A DNA stretch of 63,069 nucleotides, counting the filler, from Craspedostauros australis (Eukaryota), in the NCBI GenBank assembly GCA_030167865.1. It is 11 parts of 11 records of this genome, joined end to end, with 100 filler letters (N's around TTAATTAATTAA, not from the genome) between each part and the next. Parts side by side here need not be neighbours in the genome. Positions count along the whole stretch, not along the records: positions 30,772 to 44,126 come from JALAGF010000161.1; positions 44,227 to 53,187 come from JALAGF010000162.1; positions 53,288 to 55,733 come from JALAGF010000164.1; positions 55,834 to 59,690 come from JALAGF010000166.1; 7 more parts are not named here. The stretch is one strand, 5' to 3'. Both the position numbers and the translations under genes were made by a program. Below are positions 42,823 to 56,197 of this stretch, in pieces. The notes under the pieces are model-generated. The model saw only the letters and a program-made list of their open reading frames with translations. It was not told the origin of the DNA and made no database searches. Position 1 is the stretch's first letter, and the number at the start of each line of letters is the position of its first letter.

Positions 42823-44226
42823 GACTGCGTGTGGTTATTGGGACGCGTATTGTTATGCGCATTGGTGTGTACAGGAATGGCCTGCGGTGTTCAACTTGTC
42901 CACTGTCGACCGCAGGATGTTATTGTGCATAAGTGGTATGATATGATATGATAGTTCAGTTCCCTCTGATACTCGACTCTCTCTCTCTCTCTCTATGTAT
43001 ATATATCGCAGAGAGCTCTCTGCTGGCAGACACGGTGGAGTATTGGCAGCGTGAAGAGGAACGGAGCAGAGCAGAGAAGAGCAGGTTGTGGTTGTGGTTG
43101 TGTTCTTGTTGTCGTGCGCTTTGTCGTATTTGTTTGGCGCCACAGATGGACCTGCTTTGATATGACCCACGTCAGCCAATGACCGTACGACCACGGCAGG
43201 ATTTTGAAAAAATGGGCTCCTATGGAGACTAAAATTGAACCATATATACTTTAACACATTGATAATAAGGATCAGGTTCTAGACAGTGAGTCCAGCCTTT
43301 GATCATAAAGTTATGATGGCGTCAGCCTAGCGTTTTAGAGGCAAAACGTGATGCAAGCGGCCAGAATTCGCTTTTTCGGGAGCTCCTGTCACGACACGTG
43401 GCACCCATTTCTATCTGATTTTNGCTTTCTTTGTGTTTTGCTTGGTGGGAAGCTCGATTTGGAACAAAATGACGTGCTCATTTCGACGTTACGGGCGTTA
43501 GTTCGAGTCGAAACTGTGATGACGTGCTTCTTCTTGTCGTTAAGTGCATGGCAACGTCGCATGTTCCATGTTGAGTGAGATCGTCAAGTGCACGATTGGT
43601 TGGACAGACTTTTTATTTGATATCTTCGTCCCACCCGGTTCAGATCGATACTGATTCTCACGGTTTTCTGGGTCGCAGAAGCGTGTTTGCCAATCCGTTT
43701 CGAAAGTGTGCATTTGGGACGCTGGTCGTGTGATGAAAATGAAATCAACTGTATTTGCGTTTTGCAACGCGTGTCGCCACACAACACGGCGGAGAGTCTG
43801 GCGTTGCTCATGCGATCCTTTTGCGCTGGTTCGATTCTCGCTTTGTTTTCCGTTCTGCACTGCGCGTTTTTGTTGAGTGACCTTGTGTCATACTCCTCTA
43901 CATTCATCACAACATCATGTGCACTGCATACTCTACGCACACCCTACTATTCTACTCTGCATGATGTTGCTTTTCTGCATAATAGATCTGGATTGTTTGC
44001 CAACTGCTATCTTTGTTATTCTAACATGACGTGCACAATCACCTTCATCACTGAATGGGAAAGAGTAGTCTTTCGCATCTTTGTTTTTGTGTTGTTTGTG
44101 TGTCGGAATGTGCATAGGTGTATGTGNNNNNNNNNNNNNNNNNNNNNNNNNNNNNNNNNNNNNNNNNNNNTTAATTAATTAANNNNNNNNNNNNNNNNNN
44201 NNNNNNNNNNNNNNNNNNNNNNNNNN

Positions 44227-47200
44227 TCACTCATGGAGCGCTGTGGCATCGACTTGCGGAACAGTGGGCCTGCCGCCGCAGCAATTTTCTCCTCCTCTTG
44301 GTCCAATCGAGCAAAGAGTTTGCTCTTCAGCGCATCCCGTGCCTGCTTCTGCACCTCTTTCTGGCCCTTGCTGGTCCGCTTGCGCATCCTCTCGAACAAA
44401 TCACTGCCCGGTCCACCTTTGACGCTTCGCTTCAGCACACCCTGCTTTCCCAACCGTTTCCGCAATCGATCTACGCTGGATGCGCGGGATACGTCGTCGC
44501 TGCTCTCATCCTTCTTGCTGTTGTTTGGATGCCACGTTTCATTGCTGAAATGCTGCTCCAGATCTGGCTTTGTCTTCTTCTCTTCATCCCCAGGCTTTTT
44601 CTCGCCTTTGTTGCCTGCATCTTTGTCTGTGCTTCCATCTGCGTCTGGATTTTCTGGTACTGTCTGTGACGACGTAGATGGCAACGATGATGGCGACGAC
44701 GATGATGCAGCGGTGGATTTTGTTGAGACTGTGGACGGACCACCCTCCTTCTTTGTTGACGACGAATTTGATGAAATCGCATCTTGTTCAATAATGGACG
44801 CCATGCTCCTTTGTCTCTCAGCAGCCATGCTTGGACGGCGTTTCAAAGAACGCTTGCTGGGTTTCGTATCGTCAGCGTCCAGGCTCCTCGATGACAGCGT
44901 CTTGGTGGGGTTGGGCCGTCCCGTGTTACTTCGCATCACCTCACTCGATGACTTTTCTGGTTGATCCAGCAGGCGGTTCGATCTGTTGGACTTTGTGCGA
45001 TGCAATTGGCGCGGTGGTGCTTGCTTGGATGATGATGTTGATGATGTCAATGACAATGACGGCGCCGCAGAGGACGCAGCAGGCGAAGAGGTAGTTGAGC
45101 TGGACACCTTCAAAGATGACGACGATGATGCCATTGTGGCAGCAGGAGAAATATCTGATGCTTTCGATTTGCTGATGTCGCCAGGGTCCCTGCTCCTGCT
45201 CCGAATGTTTCCAGAGATTGCAGCAGATCGACTTCGCCCATTCGAACGTCTGTTCTGCGATGACGAAGTCACGTCTCGGTTGGTGTTCACGTGCGATCCG
45301 CTGCGTTTTCTGGGACGAGTCGCGTCGTGATTTCCGCTGTCACGACCATCACAACCACCATTACCACTTGCAATGCCGCCCCGGGATGCCACCGAACCAT
45401 GGGACTGATGTCCTTCCGTCGATTTGCTCCTTCTGCTGCCATGCCGTTCTCTGCTTCGATCAGAACGGGAACCTTGTCGCGATGCATCACGGGTGGGAGT
45501 TTTGGTGCCATTCATCAAGCGATCGCGGTACTGGGATGCGCTCTTGCTCCTGACAGCTTTCATTGGTGTGATTTGCAGTGGTTTTGTGCCAGACAGCTTC
45601 TCATGGTAGACAGCAGCATCGCGAATCGACGATCTGCTTCGTCCACGACGATTTGATTGAAGGGCCCCGCGTGATGACGAACGCTTGTTGCCATGCTGTT
45701 GTTTGCCATGTTGTTCCTTGCCATGTCGCTCCTTGTCATGTCGTCCATCTTCATCTCGCTCATTGCTGTGCCGTTCGACGCTGTAATTTCGATATCCTCT
45801 TGATCTACTTTGTTGTCGCGCCGATGGTGATCGTTCATCGGAGGACTTCCTTCGCTGATCTTCGCCACGCGGTGTCGATTGGCTACGGCCACGTTGATTT
45901 GGTCTCCGCGAACTTCCTCGGGCATGCTTTCGAGAAGGTGAGCCCTTGCGCCGTTGCAAACTAGTACCAGTGGAGTGCACATCTGAGTTGGTTTCGCGTG
46001 AACGCGAGGCTGCGTTCATATCATCCGAACTGCCAGATGTTCGTTGTCTCCGCGATGATGGCGATGAGTCCATCGATGCTTGCGCAGTTCTTCTGCGGCC
46101 ACGATCGGACGGGCTTCGACGACTCCGCGCCGATGGGGAGCGGCGACTTCTTCCAGAGGAGGAAGTGTGAATTTCTCCATCACGACGATGACGCGATGAT
46201 GGCGAACGCTCCACACTCTTTGATCTTGACGATGTCGAGTGCAGCTTGCCACTGGTGTGCTGTGCGCTTCTCCGCCGATGCCGTGGCGACGGTGATATTG
46301 ATGGTGATGACGCATCTCTTGTTTTGCTGGAGTGGTGACGTCGGGGCCCAGTGCCAAGCACCTTGGAGATCCTTTCCTTGATCGCATCGCGCAGAGCACC
46401 CGTGCTTCGTCCGCGTGAACGTCGTTGCGTTGAGTCTTCGCTTGGGCGCAACGAACTGCGTGCGGATCTGTTGCGAGAAGGAGTCACCTGGTCCTTCTTG
46501 CTCAATTGCAATTCGATTCCCAAACTCAAGGCTCCAGGACTGGATGGGGCCTGGGGTGTGGCCGAGACCCCTCCATGTTCGCGTTCGAACTGTTGAAGAT
46601 CGAGTTTGGATTTGGACTGTGATGATGATGATGACGGTGGCGACGATGACGCCTTTGCGGATGCATTGGTCAGGGCAAGATCGGCCAATTGCGATGGTCG
46701 AGATTCGAGAGATGGTCGTTGCTTCGATTTGGCAGGATTGGTTGACGACACTTCACGTAATGATGATCGTTTGGCCTTGAGGATGCTTTCCAACGTCGAC
46801 CTGCGCTTGTTCAACGACGAAGACTGTTGTCTCTTTTCATGTGTGCGGTTGAAGGGGGCTGGTGTAGATGCCGCACTCCGACCTCCAGGCGTGACAGGGG
46901 CCGCAGAGCTTCTCCCACCGTTCGTTGCAGCAGCACTTGTCGCAACGTCGACGCTGTCATCGTCGTGGAGACTTGGAAGATTGGAGAGTGACTCCAGGCT
47001 CTTGCTGCGTGACTTCTTTGTTGTCGCAACTCGAGATACAGCCGGGGTGCTGGCTGCACTCATCGCGCCTGGTGTGCCTGGAATGTTGTGTCCATCCTTC
47101 GAGAAATCCAAGAATTCCAAACTCTTGCTCCTCGATTTGGCGCTGCTGGTCGTTCTGTTGGAATTCGTTGTTGGCCTTGACCTGCGTCTCCGACTCTGGG

Positions 47201-50195
47201 CAAGCTTCGTCTTGTCTTGGCTGCTCCGTTCGCGGGTTGCGCCGAGTGCTGGGGCTGTGGCGAAGCTGAGTCCACCTGGGGTGTTTGGCGCCAGTATCGA
47301 TTTGTTGGTGTTGAACTTGCTGGGATCAAGGGAGCTGAATGACATCTCGTGAGCTTGCATGTCGAGAATGTCGAGCATGTCCAGACTCTTCGCACGTGAT
47401 CGTTTCACAGCCGAAGCTTTCGCATCTTTTGCTGTACTTCTATTGGCCCTGCTTGGTGTATCTGTGCTGACGCTGGCACGACGACCTGATTTTGCAGCTG
47501 CTTTGGCCTCTTTGGCGACGCTGGAGGGCTTGCTCGCCTTCGATTTCGTGTTGGCCTGTTGCGGTTGCTTGGTCTCCATTTGCTTCTCTGCTATCACGGC
47601 AGCTGCGCCACCATCATCATTGCTTTTGCCATTGCTGCTGTCGCTGCGAGCGAATGATCTTGGCTCATGACTTGACTGGAAGCTGTTACGTCTCTGCCGG
47701 GTGTCGGCTTTGCGTTCTTCCACAGTGTGTGAAGATGATGCACGTCGCTCCATGCGCTGGTTGTCTCCCTTGTCCTTCAGTGAGTTGTGGAAGGCCGCCG
47801 TTTTGACCTTTGGAAATGACTTGGGGGACAGGAACAGCTCTTCCGCGACCGCTGCCATGTGCGACCGTGATGTTGCACTTGCACTTGCCTGTATCTTTGC
47901 TTTTGATTTTCCATATGCAGTTGCACCTGTTGTCATGCCTGCTGTTGTTGCCGATGCGGCTGATGGGGAAGGTGCTTGCTTCTTCGTTCCGACAGCATTT
48001 GCTGGTGCTGCAGAGTTACCAAGATCAAGCCCAGCAGGCATGGAGAAATGCATGGGTCGCAATGCTCCATCACGCACGGTGTTCACTTTGCCCGTGAAAT
48101 CGATTGAGCTCATGCGGGCCGAAGCGCTCTTCTCACCGATGGAACGACGTTGCTTGCGGTACCTGCTGGGAGCCGGGAATTGAATGTCCTCGAACTCATC
48201 CGAGAGATTGCCGGCGTCGATCTTTGTTTCTGGTGTTGGCTGCGGATTGCTTTGAGCCGAGGGGTCTGGTTTGTTCTTGCGCTTCTCACTTTGCTTGCCA
48301 CTTCTGAAATCAGCTTGTGTTTCGTCGCTGGCATTGACACTCTCTGTGGAGTTGTCCTTTTGACCTGCATCGCCTTTGGCAGAGTTGTCAAGTTTGTCAG
48401 CCGTTGACGGTGTTGACATTGTTGACGTCTGTGCTTTGGCTTTGGCTTTCGCCTCCTCCTCTTCCTTCTGCTGGTTCAGGAAATCCATGAATGTCGTGGT
48501 GGAAGATGTGTGGGTTGCCAGAGTGGCAATGTCCGCGGACATGCCATCGACAGATCTGGACGACGATACGCGGTTGCCTGATCTTCGATTCTTGCGCAGC
48601 TTGCGATCTTCTCGCAATGTGGACCGCACCGTCGATGGGGGAGTGCCCGTTCCATCATTGCTGTTGCGTTTCTTGGAACCAGAACGTCGTTTGGAGGAAC
48701 TGAAATTGAAGAGAGATCGTGTATCGGACGATCCGCGTGCTTTGGTGGGCGATTTGGATCTGGATTGCGAACGCGATCGTGGCTGTGGGGATGGTGATGC
48801 AGTGAGGAACTTGAGCAGCGATACCCGCGAGAGCCGTGCTGGCGATTTGGATGACCTGGATTTGGACTTTTGCTTGTTGGCAGCTTCATTGTGATCGTGA
48901 TCCTCCTTCTGCTTGGCGAGGGCCTGTCGCACGAAGAATTCATGCACCTTTGGATTGTACCATTGCAGATCGACGTACTTTTGCCAAACGAATCGCTCTC
49001 GGGCTGCCTCATCTGACTTCTCCGTCGGCCGGTTCGTTGTTGCTGGTGATTGCGGTTGTGATTGCGGTGACGATGATGATGCTGTTGCTGCTGCTTTGGA
49101 TGATCTTGTGGACGTGGTGGTGCGGTTGGGCTGATTGTTCTGCTTTGACTGCGGTGGTATGTGATCAAACTTCGCTTCGTAGATATCGCCCACGGCCTTG
49201 TTGCCGTACCATTCCATTGCGTGCACGTCGTGTTCGTTCCCTGTGCCGACAGATTAGATGGAGTTGAATGTGTGATGTGTGCGTAGATGGATGGATGGAT
49301 GGATGTACGGAGGCATGGGAGAGCAGAGGTGGGAGATGAAGACGATATGATATGATACGATGAGAGAAAGAGAGAGGTACGATCATGTCAGAGTGTCATC
49401 CGCGAAGCAAGACGGGGAGCCACGTCGGCGAGGATCGATGAGGCCTCATCGAAGATAGCAGAGGCGCGAATGCTCCAGAGACGGTACAAGACGTGTGGCG
49501 GTATGCACTTCAAGTATTCTGCAACTCCAAGTATTACACAATCCACATGGAAATGACCCATCATGGCCCATCGTGATGCAAACTTCCATCCACCGAAAAC
49601 GAGGAAGCAACTCACATTCATCCAAATGCACGGATCGGACCTGCGTTGTGGCACCCTTGCCGTCTGCATCGCCGTCTCTGCTGCCCCTTCGATGCGTCGA
49701 CCGGAACATGGCGCGGTGCGCACTGGCGCATTCCAAGCAACAGAACGCGGCCATGCGCAGGATGTTATCCGCATCGCCGTCCAGATCGGCATGCAACGGC
49801 CCTGATCGACCTTCGTCGAGATCGATATCGAGTCGGTGATGCACGAAGACACCCCACGTGGGTCTGCGCGCGTGACAATCCACGCACTTTCCATTTTCCG
49901 GTTTGCGCTGCAAGGTCTTGATGCGTCTCTTCCAGTCCGTGTCCGCCGACGATCCTTGCTGTTGCGCTGCTGGTGCGTTCGAGTCGCTGACTCTGGTTCT
50001 TCGCATGTTGCTGTTGCCGTTGTTGCCGTTGTTGACGTTGCTGTTGTTGCTGTTGGCGGTTGTGTGAGGCCTGTTCTTGGTGGTTCGATTGGCGATGCCA
50101 GTGGCGGGCTTTTCGGATTTGTTGCTCTTCGATCTGCTGATGGCAGGCTTTCGCAGCGTTGTCTGTTGCAGACTCGTCTGCGTTGCGGTGATCAT
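44227..50195 (-). CDS. ArfGAP-domain protein with very long Ser/Arg-rich disordered C-terminus; exons 50195-49616 and 49240 to gap
   Basis: PENGKCVDC..PTW...CLECASAHR and QVRSVHLDE|W across GT-AG intron 49615-49241, then GNKAVGDIYEAK and RERFVWQKY. Confidence 0.88.
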
Positions 50196-53100
50196 CGCAA
50201 TTCAATGGCCGTTCGATGTTGTTGGACAATCGGAACTGCTGAATCCGACCCAACGCGCTGCGGTAGATAGATAGATCGGTAGATGGATGGATGGATGGAT
50301 CAATGGATGGCCAAGGTAAAGCAAGTCCCCGTGCTCTGAGGGAGGAGACGGCCCTGCAGTTCTGTGGCTTGGTCTGTGCGCGCCAATTGCAGCTGCAACG
50401 TGAACGGACACAGATACGGATCGAGTCTGAGGACAGCGACGCAGACAGACAGAGGGAGACAAGCAGAGAGGGAGAAGGAAGGTTCAAGATGGAAGGCATT
50501 CAGTCATGCGAGCATGCGTCCATTCATCTTGCTCTTCCTTTCTCTTGTTTCTCCTCTGTTGTTGCTGCTGTTGCCGCTCCTCTCTTGGCTCGTTTTTGTA
50601 TCAGTTCGTATTGAACCACTACCACACCACCGATGAGTATTATACGAGTGATGCTGCTTCACAGCAGAGCAGGGCAGGCCGCACGTTGGCTCGTGCTCGA
50701 AGTGCCCGGATCGGCTTTCTCTGTCTACCCCTCACAGTTGTGTCGTTTGGTCACTTGTTGTGATGATTGACACTTGTGTGGCACTCCAGCGCGGCAATCC
50801 AACGGATCAGGGACAATGTCGCTGGATGACCGGCCGCACCTCTCGTCCAATCTCTTCTTCTTGCGCGGGCTGCTTGGCTCTGTTCTTGTTCTCGCTTGTC
50901 TCGGAGCGGTTGGGTTGATGCTTGATGACCTTTCCGACAATGCGATGCTGCAGCGTCCAATTCCAACAGTGTTTGTGATGATGTTGGCGACGGCGATGGT
51001 AAGTAATGACGATGTTCGCGGAGTGATGTCTTCTTGCTCGTGATTGTGGTCGTGACCAGGTTGGTTTGCGTGATGTTGGTGTTGGCGAAGTTTGCATCGG
51101 CGCAACGCGTTGTTCGTGGAACCACAGTTCCGAAGTTTCGCAGAAATTGAGATTCTTGGTTTGCGGTAAAAAAGACGCGGCCGTTGTGTCTTTCGTGTTG
51201 TCCAGTTTCGACACTCGTTCTGTGCACACTCTTTCTGCAATTGCTCTCCTCTTCTCGCCTCTCATTGGATTGGCAAGCATGCATCCACATACACACACAC
51301 TCACGCACACTTTGTTTGGCTTCTTTCTCAGTTCTAATACAATGTTGTCCATGGTCAAACCAGCGATTCGGACTCCAAGGAAGAGCGCAAGTGGAGTAGC
51401 AGGAAATACGACCTAACGAAACAATACTCGGAACAGTTGCCGCCATTGTGTACGCACAATACAGAATACAACTAAGCACGACGACGCACAAGATACGAGT
51501 ATAGTCGAACCACGTGCCTTTGATGGGTGTGATACAACAACAATGACAGCAACAGCAGCAGCAACAAAAGGACATTCCGCCTCTCGGATGATCGTGTCTC
51601 GTCTTCACGAAGGAACATCGCTGACGATTGAACTTTGCGGAACGAGGAGAGTGAAGCGATGGCGAGAATTCGCCACAACAACAGGAACGGAAAAGCGATG
51701 CACGCAGAAACAGTCCAGCGCAGAAGATTCCATGTGTACGCGTTGTGTCCACCACAAGTCTTCGAGCGTTCTTTCTTGTTGGCAACAAAAATCCTGCTTC
51801 CAATGTCCAAGCGCATAACTGTGTTACTCGTGGTTGATATTTTCAATTGACATTCCCGCATCCGTCGGCGATGTGTGAGTCATGTGTATCGCAGCCGATT
51901 GATTCCTGATTCAATCCATGAACAAAACATAGTTCGTGAATAAACTCATTAGTCGGCGTTGTCGAATCGCACTTGCGGTGCGCGACTCATCGGACATGGA
52001 AGCGACAGCATGCGACATGTTCCGCGCGACGCCACCAGCAAAGGTGACAACACATTTCTCATTCACTCGCTTGGCCGGAAGAGCGAATGCTGATAGTGAA
52101 CTTCCTGATGCGGTAACAATAATGTGGGCGACTCTTTGGCGCCGAAAAAGGAAGAGCAGCATTTTCCGTTCGACGAGTCCTTGAGGGCAGCGAATGAGAA
52201 CGGCAGAAGTGAATGCAACGTGTGAGCTGCGGATGATTGATTGATTGATTGATCCGATTCTGAGCCGAGTTGGGTGGAGTAACTGGCTGATTGAGCGAAT
52301 GATCGGCTGATTGGTTGACGGAATGTGTGAGGGTGTGAGGGTGCGAGTGTAATGTGAGTGTGTCCAGATGAGTGAATTCATTGTGTGGGTTCATCGTCTC
52401 GAGATTCGGCGATTCTTCTCTTGACATCCTTTCTGTGATGGCATTGTTCCTGTGCATGAGAACACTGCAACCACCAGTGAATGTGACATTCAAACCCGCA
52501 GTCTCCATGACCGTCGTCACCATCATCGTGATTGTCATGACCATCATCTTCACCACAAAGTGACAGCGGAGATACGAACAAGGACGTGCGAATACTCCAC
52601 AGTAGAATACTCTTGTTTCGCTCCAGGGAGTCATCGTAAAAGTTACAAAAAACTATAATTTGCTTTTTTGCTGACATCACGGGTCCCATAACAAGTGCAC
52701 AGAAGCGTTGAGGACACAACGACCACTTCGACTAAATCAAAACGAATACAATCGACCCACCCGGCCAAACTACAACACAATCCGCCTCAACACCAACAAT
52801 CTGCTCGAACATCAAGAACAAGTGAGATGGCTACTTTGAATATTCCTCCTCAGAAGGTTCTAATTTGGCTCTATTTCTTTGATTCAACAATGCTGGCGCG
52901 CCGGTGTGGTGTGTTCCGTCCCCTACATCAAGTCGTGATCAACGACCAGTTGCCACACATCCCACCAATGAAAACTCACATGTCTTTCACAAGATGAAAC
53001 TAATCCAAACAAGCTGATGGAATATTTGACTCCTCTTGGTAGGTTTGCTCCTCTGACCATCGCTGCCATTGACAATCCTCGATTCGAGTGTCATTGCTTT

Positions 53101-53467
53101 TATCCCACTGCTCATCATGACAAGCACATCAATGATGAGTGGTGTCAGTCTTTGCTGTTGTGATGCATCATGTGGCAATTGGATCAANNNNNNNNNNNNN
53201 NNNNNNNNNNNNNNNNNNNNNNNNNNNNNNNTTAATTAATTAANNNNNNNNNNNNNNNNNNNNNNNNNNNNNNNNNNNNNNNNNNNNATCCAGTTGAGGA
53301 GCACCTTCATGGCTGGAGGTGCAGCATTGCAGAGGCCTTGCCGCATGGCCTGAACCCAAATGATTTGTGCCGGGAGTTAGTCCTGCAGCAACGGCTTACT
53401 CCACAGTGGTTTCAGCACAGCGGGGATGGTGCTAATAGGCCAGGCTCACATATCTTGGAGTTGTCTG

Positions 53468-54256
53468 TGATGGCAAGTTCCGCTCATAGATACCCTTGCG
53501 ATCATGGAAGATGGCGATGGTTGTTGTTACGATTCTGTTTGCTATTTCATTATGTTGGCACTCCAATGCTCTTGGAGTTGCTGCTGTTGGTCCAATGCTC
53601 TTGGAGTCTTTTGTTGGTCTGCCCAACCATGAGTTGGCACACAAGATGCTCTCTTGCTATTGCTCGTATTCTCTCTCTCAGCATTACATGTTCATACCAC
53701 GGGATATTCCGTGCTCGATACGTGCTCCATATTTGATACTCTGTCAGTTCATTCTCTACTGGCCCACAACTCCACGATTAATTGCCAATGTCTTATCTTC
53801 AACTCCTCCTTGTATATCCACGATCTTGATGTCCCTCGGTCATTGAATCTTCACCTTCTTGATCTGATGTGGAGACAGATGATGACGTGGTGACATGATG
53901 ACATCCTGTCAATGTCAGCTGTTGCCTTCCATGGTCCTTCAGATTCCATATTCCATTGATGATGCAATGGTCTGGCAAGGATATTGTCATTTGAGGTTTT
54001 GTTGGGAAGTACATCGATTCTTGCTCGATGTCACATGTTTCAGTTGGTTGATGGATGGACGAGATTCCTGATGATCTCAGAAATCGTTGTTCACGAATTT
54101 CCTTCCAAAATTCTGATTGTTTTCGTGTGTCCAAATTCGTGATGTGATTTCGGCAATCACATTTCACTATCCACACGAGCATAGTTATGCCGTCCGAACA
54201 TGAGTATGAGAGAATAGCGGGTGAACAATGCACATACACGCATGTACATCCCAACA
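53468..54256 (-). mobile_element. 3' LTR of Ty1/copia retrotransposon (about 790 bp)
   Basis: Starts TGTTG immediately after PPT ACAGGAAGGG (54257-54266) and ends ...CCATCA; homologous to 22036-22880. Confidence 0.8.
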
Positions 54257-54276
54257 CCCTTCCTGTATGCATTCAG

Positions 54277-55733
54277 TCACTGGAATGTTCTCGATTTGTC
54301 AAGGTACGACTTCTCATGCTCTTGTTGCAAGTCGGACTTGATGTTCTTGGTGAAGCCATCGCTTGTATTGTGTTCGGATTTGACGAACATGATTTCGATG
54401 CTCTTGTTGGTTACCATGTTCCGCATGTAGTGATGGCGCACGTCGATGTGCCGCGATCGTTGAGATGTTGATGGGTTCTTGGCGATGAAGATTGCTCTGA
54501 TGTTGTTCACGCGGACCTTGATCGATGTCTTTACTGGAACGCCCACACTTTTAAGTAGCTGCATGACAAAGAAGATGTCTTTTGCCGCTTTGGAAAGGGC
54601 AACGTATTCTGCTTTGGATGAGCTGAGTGTGACAGCCTTCTGTGCCTTGGATTGCCAAAAGGATTGGCACCTTGCACAGGTATAGGATGAACCCTCCTAC
54701 GCTGATTCTCGTGTTCTTGTCTCCTGCATATTCGCTATTGTAGAAGAGCTCCATGTCCCAGCCATCGTCGTCTGAACATGCTGGATGGATCTTCTATCTA
54801 TTGTCCTTTGTATCAATCACATATTTGATGATTTGATACATCTCCTTCATTGCGGCCTTGGTGGGCCCGATCAATACCTTGGAGAGTTCCCTCACAGGGT
54901 TCGCGATGTCTGGTTGCGAGTGCTTGATGAGGAAGAGCAGCATACCGACGCCTCAGCGATATTCGGCATGTTCTTCTGGTCCGACCTTCTGCAGTCCGTT
55001 ATCTTCGGATGGCCGCACAATGATTTGACCCGGGGTTCCCGGTGTCGCGTAGCGTTGCATCGTCTCAACCTTGGCTCCAAACTCTTTGATGAGATGTTGG
55101 ATGAGGTGTGGTTGGCATAGCATTGCTCTGGTCTTGTCATAGTCCAGTTCGATATTGCACCTGAGGTAATCTCCAAGTCCTCGCTCGATTGTCACCTTGA
55201 ACTTGCTGCCTTGAATGTCCTTCAGGAATCTCTCCAATGCCTTGGAGTCCCCGCAGCAGAAGCAATTGTCCATGTAGATGGCCACGATCATACTTCCTTC
55301 GTTCGTCTTTTGATAGAACAGGCACGGATCTGCCGCGCTCTGTTCGAAGTTGATGTTCTTGAGGGTCGACACCAACATCTTAAACCACTGCCTGGCGCTC
55401 TGAACAAGTCTGTAGATTGGCTTGTGCAGGGTCAGGGCTTCGTCTGCTTGATGATCCATCCCGTTGGGACAGTTCATGTAGATCTCCTCGTCGAGGTCTC
55501 CACGTAGGAATGCCATTACAACATCAACGAGTGCGCAGTCCATCTGCTTGATCAGCATCATGACTCTGTAGGTCACGTCATGGATGACAGGTGAGTAGTG
55601 CTCTTGGAAGCCTACTCCTGCAACTTGTGAGTAGCCACATGCAACGAGTCTCGCTCGATGTGTGCCATCGCGTTTCAACTTGAATACCCACTTGCACTTG
55701 CAGCATCTGTGGCCTCGTGGGATGGCGTTTCGT
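54277..55733 (-). pseudogene. Ty1/copia reverse transcriptase-RNase H, frameshifted and decayed
   Basis: KCKWVFKLK, RARLVACGYSQ, DVVMAFLRGDLDEEIYM, IYRLVQSARQW, YMDN (normally YVDD), SEYAGD, SRHIDVRHH, SDGFTK, spread over several frames. Confidence 0.95.
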
Positions 55734-56197
55734 NNNNNNNNNNNNNNNNNNNNNNNNNNNNNNNNNNNNNNNNNNNNTTAATTAATTAANNNNNNNNNNN
55801 NNNNNNNNNNNNNNNNNNNNNNNNNNNNNNNNNAATGGATTTCATGCAGTCCTCGTACCCGGAGCGTATCACCACGGAATAAACATGAATCCGATCAAAA
55901 TGGTAGCAAGCACACCTACCATACGTACAAGCAGTATTCTGCGAGCGGTCTGCATACGATAATACGAGCTATGCGGACGGAGGAGATTGGTAATGTACGT
56001 ATGTATGTGCTTCTGTGAAGATGCTATAACATGTATCATATCATGGAGTAGATCGTTCATTCTTCAATCCTTGAGCTTCGATGGTATCCCTCATCCCATG
56101 GTCAAGGATTGTGACACAGCCTGGTGAGAGACCACCATCTGCCTTCATTGCTGCAGCAGGAGCTGGATGCACGAGTATCCATACTTGTTGAGTGGTC

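Noticed and set aside
43190..44126. AT-richer segment possibly a DNA transposon end
   Set aside because: No second copy, TIR pair or transposase in the window.
50751..52719. 350-aa ORF and neighbouring ORFs
   Set aside because: Non-ATG start, microsatellite-derived poly-Cys and no domain. It may hide a spliced gene, but I cannot support one.
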